A DNA stretch of 64,000 bases from an uncultured virus (IMG/VR IMGVR_UViG_3300042879_004844) (lineage: Duplodnaviria; Heunggongvirae; Uroviricota; Caudoviricetes). Location: the IMG/VR virus record IMGVR_UViG_3300042879_004844; one strand, written 5' to 3'. The position numbers were made by a program, and so were the translations under genes. Positions 45,811-54,600 of this stretch are shown here, one piece after another (positions within the stretch are counted from its first letter, which is position 1; each line of letters begins with the position of its first letter). The notes below the pieces were generated by a model, which worked only from the letters and a program-made list of their open reading frames with translations, was not told where the DNA came from and did not search any database.

Positions 45811-47223
45811 TCATTGTCCTCTCTGGCGACGAACCAGCTCCTTGAGCCGTTCTCTCCCGGCGCGATATTCCTCAGAATTCCTGTCGGGCATGTCATCGAG
45901 CTGCTCGGCGAGGCTGTTGATCTCGGCAGTCAGATCGAACTGTGACGTGCCGGCTCCCATCGAGGCAAGCTTGCCGCCCCACATCTTGATCAGCTCCTTG
46001 CGCGCCTTGCTGATGTCCTGCAGATTGCGCTTGAAAATCGGCCAGCTGAGAGACGGGTTGATCGAGCCCTCGGCGGCCGCAAGAAGAGCGAGTTCTCGGT
46101 CAGAGATGGCTCCGAGCGCGCCACCCGTCTTGCTGTTGCGCCGCATGTCGGCTAGGGTCTTGAATGCCACGTCGGCCTCGATGTTCTTGATGAGGGCTCG
46201 GACGTCGCTTGCTCCCGTGGTGACGGGCAGCGTTGCGATCCAGTCAGAAAATTTTCCAGTCGCCGGGAGTCTGGCTCCCTGCGCCGTGTCGACGATCGTG
46301 TCGATGTCTCGCACGACGCGGTTGGCCTGCTCGATGCTCGACTGCATCGTGCTGATCTCCTTCTCCTGGTCCGCGTCGGCCGTGCTCGGCTCGTAGGTGG
46401 TCGAGACCTCTCCCTTGGCGTTGACGGTCACGCCCTTGAGACGGAGTTCATCCTTGAGTTCCTCGGGAAGTCCAGAGGCCGTGGTCTCGGTCCGTCCGCC
46501 GGCTCCCTTGTCGATCGTCGTGGCGCCGGTGGCCCGATTGATGATCATGCGACCCCCGCCAGATTCCTCAGGAATCGGGACCACAAGAAGCATTCCTCCT
46601 GGACCGGCCGTCGTGTAGCCCTCTGGGGCGGCGCCGGGCGCGGGTTCCTCGCCGGGAGGACGGGCTCCCTGAAGAGGCGGGAGCGGGACGTCACCCGACG
46701 GGAGTTCTGGCTCGGCATTCTCGGGCGCATTCGGGTCGAATGGCTCAAGAGGCAGATCCTCGGGTCTCAGACCGAGATTGGGATCTGGAATGTCGCCGAG
46801 TGGCGACGGGCCCTTTTCACCGAGAAACTCGGCATAGGGATCCTCGAGTTCGCGAATCTGCTCGATGTTCCGCAGGCGCTGTCCGAGCAGGCGCTCGCGG
46901 TCGAGCGGGCTGAGAACGTTCCCGAGAAGACTGCGCTCACGAGCAATCTCAAGGGCGCGCTCATGGGCGAGCTCGTCCTCGTCGCGCTTCTGCCTTCTCT
47001 CGAGAATCCCGAGGCCGGCACCGAGCACGCTCTCGAGGGCCACGTTGACCCCAGAGAGCAGACTGGCCGTCGCGAGACGCGATCCCTCGGTGATGGCGTT
47101 GATCCCGATGTCTCCCGGGGCAAGGATGCTTCCAGACACAAACGACAGCGGCGCCGGGGCGGCGGGCTGAATCTGAGCCCCTCCGCCCCGCGCCACGTTG
47201 AAGCCGCCGGTCCGAATCGCCAT
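45811..47223 (-). CDS. Internal virion / DNA ejection protein (putative)
   Basis: Pro-rich linker; C-terminal GGALGAISDRELALL motif typical of podoviral ejection proteins; position before the giant gene. Confidence 0.6.
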   Translation of the reverse strand: MAIRTGGFNVARGGGAQIQPAAPAPLSFVSGSILAPGDIGINAITEGSRLATASLLSGVNVALESVLGAGLGILERRQKRDEDELAHERALEIARERSLLGNVLSPLDRERLLGQRLRNIEQIRELEDPYAEFLGEKGPSPLGDIPDPNLGLRPEDLPLEPFDPNAPENAEPELPSGDVPLPPLQGARPPGEEPAPGAAPEGYTTAGPGGMLLVVPIPEESGGGRMIINRATGATTIDKGAGGRTETTASGLPEELKDELRLKGVTVNAKGEVSTTYEPSTADADQEKEISTMQSSIEQANRVVRDIDTIVDTAQGARLPATGKFSDWIATLPVTTGASDVRALIKNIEADVAFKTLADMRRNSKTGGALGAISDRELALLAAAEGSINPSLSWPIFKRNLQDISKARKELIKMWGGKLASMGAGTSQFDLTAEINSLAEQLDDMPDRNSEEYRAGRERLKELVRRQRGQ

Positions 47224-47226
47224 GAG

Positions 47227-47730
47227 TTACCTCGAGAAATACTGTCTCAGGAAGTCAAATCCGCCGCCTCCGAGGCCGACCTGTGCCGGCGCGGTTGGCA
47301 GATTGCCGGCCATCGGGGCCGTCGGACCCACCGGGGCCGTCGGACTCGGGGCAAACGTTCCAGACGACATCGGACGAGACGTCGACATGGCAGACGTGGG
47401 AGTGAGCCCTGGCGCCGTGGCACGAGACGACGTCGGGGTGACAGAGCCGACTCCTCCGACGGCCTGTGCGGCCGCCGCCTGCTTCATCTTCGTGAAGTCG
47501 GTCATGGCGGCCTCGTCGCGGGCCTTCTGCTGAACGTTGTGCTGTTCCTGCATGCGGCGCGCCTCTTCTTCCTGGCGCTGCTGCGCCTCGCGCTGTCTCT
47601 GCGCCTCGGCCTCGGCCCGCTGCTGGTCCATGATTCGTTGATTTGCCGCACGCTCGGCCGCAAAGATCCCAGCCCAGTCGGGCTGCGGCGGTGGCGGCGG
47701 TGCTGATCCTCCTCCTCTTCCTCCTCCCAT
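47227..47730 (-). CDS. MGG-start low-complexity protein (putative ejection protein)
   Basis: MGGGRGGGSAPPPPPQP followed by a coiled coil. Confidence 0.65.
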   Translation of the reverse strand: MGGGRGGGSAPPPPPQPDWAGIFAAERAANQRIMDQQRAEAEAQRQREAQQRQEEEARRMQEQHNVQQKARDEAAMTDFTKMKQAAAAQAVGGVGSVTPTSSRATAPGLTPTSAMSTSRPMSSGTFAPSPTAPVGPTAPMAGNLPTAPAQVGLGGGGFDFLRQYFSR

Positions 47731-47763
47731 GATGCTATCCTCTCTTTCTGTTTGTTGGCGTTT

Positions 47764-48216
47764 TCATAGAGCGACGGCGCCAGCTGCCATGTTGGCGTTC
47801 GCAGAGTTCCAGACATTGGGAACCGGCGTGATCGGACCCGCCGTTGTCGGCGATGATCCGGTTGATCCCGAGAGACGTCCGCCCGCGGTTGGATTCCTTG
47901 ATCCAGTCGGCTGAAGTCTGGGACGTGACGGAGTCATGCCAGATGATTCAGAAATTTCGCGTGGAATTGCTCCGGACTGTCCATAGAGCTGAGATCCAAA
48001 ATCAGGAACCGCGAATGAGCGGAACGGGGCGTATTCGGGAGTAGGGGGTTCAGCTGGTGCCGGAGTCGGGGCGGGCGCCGGTGCCGAAACTGGGGCCGGG
48101 GCGGGCGCCGGGGCAGGAGCCGGCCTGGCCGCGGCCTGTTGCTGTTGAACACGATTCTGCATCCGCTCGCGCATCTGCGCGATCGCCCCGAATGGTCCCT
48201 GTCGGCTTCCTCCCAT
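47764..48216 (-). CDS. MGG-start Pro/Ala-rich protein
   Basis: Likely start MGGSRQG at 48216, 4 nt after the upstream stop. Confidence 0.6.
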   Translation of the reverse strand: MGGSRQGPFGAIAQMRERMQNRVQQQQAAARPAPAPAPAPAPVSAPAPAPTPAPAEPPTPEYAPFRSFAVPDFGSQLYGQSGAIPREISESSGMTPSRPRLQPTGSRNPTAGGRLSGSTGSSPTTAGPITPVPNVWNSANANMAAGAVAL

Positions 48217-48220
48217 GGTC

Positions 48221-48631
48221 TCAGATTGAATATCCCATTCCTGTCTGCTGAAGCGGTCCCGCGGACGCGCTGGCAAGACGAAAACCTCTCGACTGGACTC
48301 GTGGCATCTCCCGAGTCAGTCCCGCGAACGGAAACGGTCCCTGGGGCGAGAACGGACTCGGCGCGGATTGTCCGCCGAGACCATACTGCTGGCCGGCGAC
48401 GGCCTTTCCAAACTGACCGGATGAGTCTCCGAGGGCGCCGCCAAAGAGTTTTGCGAGTTCCATGTAGTTTGTCCCGCCAGAGCCGGCCGCCTGGGCCTTC
48501 GGAACCCATCCCATCCCGGAGACGTTGCTGCCGGTCGTTCCGCCGACCGTCGCGGCCGACATGGCTCCCTTGCTGGCGTATCCGCCCGCGGCCGAGGCCG
48601 CCGGAGCGGCAGATGCGGAGGCTCCTCCCAT
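48221..48631 (-). CDS. MGG-start Gly/Ala-rich protein
   Basis: Likely start MGGASAS at 48631, 1 nt after the upstream stop. Confidence 0.6.
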   Translation of the reverse strand: MGGASASAAPAASAAGGYASKGAMSAATVGGTTGSNVSGMGWVPKAQAAGSGGTNYMELAKLFGGALGDSSGQFGKAVAGQQYGLGGQSAPSPFSPQGPFPFAGLTREMPRVQSRGFRLASASAGPLQQTGMGYSI

Positions 48632-48632
48632 G

Positions 48633-48989
48633 TCAGTATCCTCCTCCGACTCGATATTGAAAGGCTGGGCTGTTCGACAGGCCGCTGAATCCGCCGGCAA
48701 CTCCGCCTCCGATTCCGCCCCACGGTCCGAAGGCGCTGCCGTCTGCCGTTCCGGTCGTCGCGCCCTGCATCATGCGGTCAAAGGATGATCCGAATCCGGA
48801 GGATCCGCCGGTCTTGGCACGGTAGATCGGGCCATTCACGGCGCCGTCGAGTCCGCCAAACACGGCGCCTCCGAGTGCGCCATAGGCAGATCCAACAGGG
48901 CCACCGAGTCCTCCTCCAGAAAAGCCCTCAGAGGCGCCGATGCTTGCGCCCTTTCCGGCTCTCTCGAATGCCTTGTTTGCTCCTCCCAT
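48633..48989 (-). CDS. MGG-start glycine-zipper protein
   Basis: MGGANK; two GP(V/W)GxxxGxxxG glycine-zipper segments. Confidence 0.65.
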   Translation of the reverse strand: MGGANKAFERAGKGASIGASEGFSGGGLGGPVGSAYGALGGAVFGGLDGAVNGPIYRAKTGGSSGFGSSFDRMMQGATTGTADGSAFGPWGGIGGGVAGGFSGLSNSPAFQYRVGGGY

Positions 48990-48995
48990 GATCGG

Positions 48996-49283
48996 TCACC
49001 TCACGCCCATCGGGGCGGCTCGCATCGGGACTGTCGGGGGCGGGACGACGCTCACGCTGGGGCTGGGTCCTCCCATCGGACGAAAGAGGGGCAGACGCTG
49101 GAGCGCCATCATTTCCTGATCTGAGATGGATCCAGTCATGCCATATGGCTGCCGGAGGGCCGTCTGTGACATCTCGGTCGCGCCCTCGCTCATCGGATCC
49201 ATGAGCATGTATTCCTGACGCGAAGGAAGAGGACGAGTGATCCTCTCCATCTTCATCATTTTGTTCTGTGACGCGCCTCCCAT
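48996..49283 (-). CDS. MGG-start Met/Pro-rich protein
   Basis: MGGASQNK; preceded by TACATT 9 nt upstream. Confidence 0.6.
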   Translation of the reverse strand: MGGASQNKMMKMERITRPLPSRQEYMLMDPMSEGATEMSQTALRQPYGMTGSISDQEMMALQRLPLFRPMGGPSPSVSVVPPPTVPMRAAPMGVR

Positions 49284-49332
49284 GTCTCTGAGAATGTAAC
49301 TCGCTTCTGCCAGGATTCAGAACCAGAAAATT

Positions 49333-50163
49333 CTATGCAGAATCCTCGCGGCTGAGTCCGCAGTAGGCAAAGTTGGGCTCGACCCAGGGCACCCGGTGTG
49401 ACACGTTGTTCACGTCGATGCCATACTTGGGACACCTGACAAAGGAGGCCGAGGTCGGGTCGCAGCACTTCGTGCAGGTGTGAAAATAGTCGGAATTCGT
49501 CGAGTTCTTCTTGAGAACCTGCCGGTTCTTGACGTCATAGCGCGTCTCGTCGTGCGGCACCGAGTGCCTCTCATGGTATTCAAAGACGTCATCGTCGGTC
49601 CATTCCCGGATCGGATAGAGGATCGTCCCGGCATTCTCGAGCTGGAGTCGGTCGACCTGAAGTGGCACACGGCCGACGGTCGGGTCGTCGTCCGACGACT
49701 TGTGGCCCATGACCATGCAGTCCCACGGAAAGTTGTAGGTCCCAAGCGGACGAGAAAGAAACGTCTCGAGGGCGCAGAGAAACGGATGCCCCTCCTCTGG
49801 GACGATCGTCCCACGGGCCACCATGATGTATTCTGGCTTCTGGGCCGCCGAGCTGACCTGGTAGCATTCCATGATGTCGACCCGGCTCTCCTTCCCTCGA
49901 CAGAGACTGACGGCAGACGGGGCATAGTCGTGGGCCTCGAGATTCCACTCGTCGATGATCCTGTTGATGAAGCGCAGCTTCTCGGGCATCCAGGGCTCTC
50001 GCCAGCAAACGACTGGAAGTTCTCTCTTCATGAGAAACTTCAGCATGTGCAGGACCACCATTGAGTCCTTGCCGCCCGACCAGAGAATGACCGGGTTCCT
50101 TGCCGTCTTCAGCATGCGGTCAAGAAAGTCGACCGCGACCTCGACCTTTCGGTCGAGCGTCAT
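49333..50163 (-). CDS. PAPS-reductase-family (PP-loop) protein
   Basis: LWSGGKDSMV, GHKSSD, YPIREWTDDDVFEY and Cys-rich CTKCC...C...C tail. Confidence 0.8.
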   Translation of the reverse strand: MTLDRKVEVAVDFLDRMLKTARNPVILWSGGKDSMVVLHMLKFLMKRELPVVCWREPWMPEKLRFINRIIDEWNLEAHDYAPSAVSLCRGKESRVDIMECYQVSSAAQKPEYIMVARGTIVPEEGHPFLCALETFLSRPLGTYNFPWDCMVMGHKSSDDDPTVGRVPLQVDRLQLENAGTILYPIREWTDDDVFEYHERHSVPHDETRYDVKNRQVLKKNSTNSDYFHTCTKCCDPTSASFVRCPKYGIDVNNVSHRVPWVEPNFAYCGLSREDSA

Positions 50164-50927
50164 AGGGCGAGGGCCGTGATTCCTGCTCCGGCAAGCTGAC
50201 CGCCCGCGCCGATTCCGGCTCCCATCAAAGACGCCTGATTCGAGGCGGCCGCGGCGCTCGCGGCATTGGCGGCCGCCGCGTTTTGCGACCTGCGGGCCAT
50301 TTCCATCTGCGACTGCTGCTGGAAGGCATTCGAGGCGTTCTGTGCCTGGGCCCCAAGGTATCCAAGGACCTGCTGCTGATACGCGTTGCGAAGATTGATG
50401 TTGTCGGCCGAGACCTGGCTGACGATTCCGGCGAGTGATCCGGGATCGATTCCGGCGACCGGCATCGGGTTTGCCTGGAGATATGCGGCGACCCGATCCT
50501 GGAGTCCCTGGCGATTCGCAAAATAGTCGCGGCGGCTGCGATCAGCCAGTGCCGAGCGGGCAAATCCAGACTCGGTCCTTGCCCCGGTCCCGACCACGTC
50601 TGACAGTCCCTGGCGAAGCCACAGGTTGGAAAGTTCTCGGCTCGGGCCTCCCGCAAAATCTTGCTCGAGCTGCTGGCGCAGACCCGTCCGCATCCTGGCG
50701 GTCTCCGGGGCGAGCTGACGCTCAAGAGCCTCTGAGTTCAGGGCGTTGATGATGGCCTCGCGTCTTGCCGTCTCCTGGAGATACGGGATGTCGGCGCGCA
50801 TCGTCTCTGGTGTCGCCCGAACGGCCGCCTCGGCGAGTCCCCTCCCGAGAGCGATCTGTCCCTGCAGACCCGCGTTGTATCCCTCAAGCGGCTGCGTGTA
50901 TTGAACTGACGGAGATCCTCCACCCAT
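50160..50927 (-). CDS. MGG-start DNA ejection/pilot protein (putative)
   Basis: MGGGSPS; Gln/Ala-rich helices; C-terminal GAGIGAGGQLAGAG segment; position equivalent to P22 gp7. Confidence 0.65.
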   Translation of the reverse strand: MGGGSPSVQYTQPLEGYNAGLQGQIALGRGLAEAAVRATPETMRADIPYLQETARREAIINALNSEALERQLAPETARMRTGLRQQLEQDFAGGPSRELSNLWLRQGLSDVVGTGARTESGFARSALADRSRRDYFANRQGLQDRVAAYLQANPMPVAGIDPGSLAGIVSQVSADNINLRNAYQQQVLGYLGAQAQNASNAFQQQSQMEMARRSQNAAAANAASAAAASNQASLMGAGIGAGGQLAGAGITALAL

Positions 50928-50939
50928 ATCGGTCGAAAC

Positions 50940-51326
50940 CTACACGGCTCCCTCCATCAAGTAAATCTCTCTGTTCATCTTTGAGTATCCGGTCTTCTCA
51001 ATCATCTCCGTGGGAAATGTCTTTCGGGTCTCATCGAGGGGCACCCCGATCCAGCCCTCGCCGCCATGGTTGAACTGGGCCACGGCCCTCCACGCCAAGA
51101 CCACCTCCATGATCCCACGCGGCGTCGCGACCTCGGGATGAAACGCCGGAAAGGCGACCGGAAGATAGACGATGTCGGCATAACCGAATGTCTTCTCGTC
51201 TCGCTCGAAGGCGACGACCTTGCCGTTCTTCCAGTGCCCGATCTCGTGGTCGAAGGTCCTGGCAAACTGCTGCATTCTCTTGAAGTCGTCGGAATACGGG
51301 TTGACGTCGATGAATCTGGTCTTCAT
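50940..51326 (-). CDS. Small protein, possibly GNAT-fold (position of T7 gp13 / P22 gp14)
   Basis: Start MKTRFIDV at 51326; VVAFERDEKTFGYA hairpin and MIEKTGYSK end are GNAT-like; lies between nozzle and first ejection gene. Confidence 0.45.
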   Translation of the reverse strand: MKTRFIDVNPYSDDFKRMQQFARTFDHEIGHWKNGKVVAFERDEKTFGYADIVYLPVAFPAFHPEVATPRGIMEVVLAWRAVAQFNHGGEGWIGVPLDETRKTFPTEMIEKTGYSKMNREIYLMEGAV

Positions 51327-51613
51327 GATACGGATGTGGGTGGCTGGGGTTCTGGCGGGATGGTCGGCAGCGTCTGCGAGGTCGAGATGCTGTTTGAGAG
51401 CGGAAGCGGAATCTCCGAGGCGAGATCCTGGATGAACTGGTTGACGGTCGACGTCGAGTATCCGGTCATGGCACACGGAAGACACTCCTGGGTCGGCATG
51501 TTGGGGACCGTGATCGACGAATAGAACGACATCGGGAGACGGTCGGAGAACGGACTCACGAAGGCGTTCGGAGTCGTTCCGTTGAAGAGCGTGACTGAGG
51601 TTGCCTTGGGCAT
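51323..51613 (-). CDS. Hypothetical virion-module protein
   Basis: 96 aa with CLPC; coupled to neighbours. Confidence 0.55.
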   Translation of the reverse strand: MPKATSVTLFNGTTPNAFVSPFSDRLPMSFYSSITVPNMPTQECLPCAMTGYSTSTVNQFIQDLASEIPLPLSNSISTSQTLPTIPPEPQPPTSVS

Positions 51614-51615
51614 GG

Positions 51616-54600
51616 TCAGGTGCAGGGGAGTTCTGTGATGGCCCTGGCATTTGCGAGGGCGAGGGCCTGGGTGTCAGAGTCGGCCTGGGAAATCGTGCCA
51701 CGATGACGTCCGGTGACGTTCACGGTCTGGCGCGTGTCAAGGGCGGCTCCCGTCGTCTGGTCGACGCGCCCGAATCTCTCATAGGAGTCCGCGTTGCCGT
51801 TGTAGGACGTGAAGTCGCCGGCAGCAAAGAAAAAGGTCCCGGTCGAGGGCAGCATGAGGGCGCGGACGGTCGCGTTGAACCCGGTTCCGGGGTTGAACGC
51901 CCCGACGGCCGCCCCCAGCGCCGTGGTCTTGACGATCCGCGGAACCGCAACAGAGTTGTAGGTCGTGAAGTTGCCCCCAAGGATGACGGTTCCATCTGCA
52001 AGAACCAAGATCGCCCGCGCCGCGGTGTTGAGCCCGGTCCCTACGTTGTAGGTCGCGTCGACAGAACCGTTGGTGTTGAGTCTCACCAGATCCTTGGCAG
52101 AATTGGCGCCGTCAAACGAGACAATGATCTTGCCATCGGCCTGCAGGGCCATCGAGGCAAATCCGGGATCGGCGACCGTGACCTCATACGGCGTGAATGC
52201 CGGATCCTCGATGCCGGTCGACAGGAGTCTCGCCACGCGGACTTTTCCGGCGACAGACTCGTATCCGGCCGCATAGACAAGATTCCCCGTGATGGGGATC
52301 AGGGCAAATATCTTCGTGAAGCCCGTCGGGAGATAGTCGGCATCTCTTGTTCCGTTTGCCTCGATCAGAACAATTGGCTTTGATACGGCCACGGAGTTGT
52401 ATGTGGTGAATGTTCCACCGACGATGAGAGATCCGGCAGACGTCCCAAGCGCCGTGGTGTCCACCACAAAATAGGTGCCAGAATCTGGCTCGGTGACATG
52501 AAGCCGGTGGCCGGCCGAGGCGGCCGTGATTGTCACGGTGTCGGTCAAAACTGTCGCAACGAACTGGGCATCTGCGTCGACGGCAAGCTGGATCTTCGTT
52601 GCGAGTTGCGAGGCCGTGTCAATGTTCACGCCCTGCTGGGTCACAAGAAACGTGAATCCGGTCGGGTCTGTCCCATCAACTACGTCTGCCACGACTCCAA
52701 TATAGACATTCGTGATGGTCACCTGGTTTCCGCTCACGGCCGCCGAGAACTGGGCATCCGCGTCGACCGCGTTTCTGAGCTTGGTCGCGACCGTGTTGGC
52801 CGAGTCATTGTTGTTGATGTCGACCTTCAGGTTTCTTGTGTATCCCGTGGGGGCCGTGGATCCTCCGGAGTGTGCGAACCAGACCGCCACGGTCGTTGCC
52901 GCCCCGTCACGAATGACAAAGTAGGCCTCATCAAGAGATCCAGCGACGTCAGCAAGAGTGGTGACTCGGGTGATCTCCGGAAGACCGGCCGACATGTCTA
53001 CCTCAAGCAGACGGCCACCCGACGGAGCTGCTGGAGGAGTTGAGGTATTGTTGTTGTCCATCCAGACGCGGACTGGACCATTGGCATCTCCAAGATCAAA
53101 ATACTTGCCACCACTGCCAGACGCCGTTGCGACCTGGACAGTCGAAACCTCGGTGAGTGCCGACGGAAGAATGCACGCGGCAGTCGGTGCCGTGTTGAAT
53201 CCGGTTCCAAATGTCACGGTCGTGTCGAGCGCCCCGGCCGATGTCAGTCGGGCGATCCGGGTCCGCGCGACATTGTTGTATTCGCTGAATTCTCCGAGGG
53301 CGTAGATGCCGTTGCTGTCATTGAGCAGGACGTTGATCTGCTCGGAACTCGGCTCGGCTCCAAAGTTCGACACAAAGCCGTCTCCCTGCGTGAAGGTCAG
53401 GCTCCTGATGCCGCCGGAAGTTCTCTCGGTGATCTTGCCCTGGTTGGTCGTGTTGTCTCTCCAGAACTGACCCCCAAGGATGACGCGGCCATCAGACAGT
53501 CTCGTCATTGCCAGGGCATCATCGTTGAGTTCAGAATAACAGTGGTGGGTCACGGACTGCACCGAGTCATAGTAGCACGGATAGATTGTCCTGAGGTAGT
53601 CGGCCTGCGCCTGGGCGGCCGTCTGGGCAGACGCGAGAGCCTGGACATCGGCATCTGCCTGAGAGATTCTCGACCTGTATGTCGAGGTGGCCGTGACAGT
53701 GAGCGGCCCGGTCGTGACAGACCCCGCCGGGCAGGTCAGGGTGACGGTCGAGGACCTCGTCGAGGCCCACGCGTTGCCGCCGACCTCATAGAGATCCTCG
53801 AGAGGCACGAATCCCTCTTCTCGGCTGTAGATGTGGTTCTGACCGTCCTCCCCGACGAGGCAGACACGGATCTCGTCTTCCTCGCAGCGACCCTCTGCCC
53901 GCTCGGCCCACGGTTCCATGAAGAGACGGATCGACTCGACGGCCATCTGGCCGCACCACCGGACAAGAATGCTGAAGGCCTTGTCGATGTTCTCAGAATA
54001 CTCGGACTCGCAGGTCGGGCAGCCATCGGTCGGCAGGGCATTCTCCGTCGTGACACGACGGCTCTGTTTCTTGAGACCATCGAGAATGTCGAGCTCGGAA
54101 GGCGGAATGTCGGCCCCGGCAGAGGCGGCCGTGATTGGAGCAATGATGCGCTTGCAGAGAACTGGCTTGTAGGCGCCGCGGATTCCGCGGTAGTCTGCCG
54201 TGACATACGCGTCTCCGGCGATCTCCATCAGATTGATGTCGGCATACTGGAAGGACTTGAGATCGTGGCCGTCTCCCATGAGGCGGGTCTCAAACTCGCA
54301 GAAGATCGGCCTCGTGAAGTCGATCCTCGTGAAGTCGCTGCCCAGTTCAAAAAAGGTGTCTTCTCTCTCGGGCATGAACGCCTCCCAGACATGGTTGTGG
54401 CTTCCGTCAGACAGAGCCCGGTAGTCGACCGAGGCCGCGAAGGCGCGCCGCTTTCCGTTGATCACCGGGGATGCCCACTGGATCGGGCGGATCCCCGTCC
54501 ACACTCCAGACCACGCCGGGATTTTTTCAGAAGAAAATTCGCTCAGGGGAGAATAGTCGAGCACAAACGTCTCAGAGTTGAGATTCTGCCCGATCGGCAT

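Noticed and set aside
48057..48125. Short tandem GC-rich repeat
   Set aside because: It simply encodes a Pro-Ala linker (PAPAPAPAP)
47227..50927. Eukaryotic N-myristoylation consensus MGxxxS/T
   Set aside because: Position 6 is P, Q, K, A, Q or G in the six proteins; only the MGG start is shared
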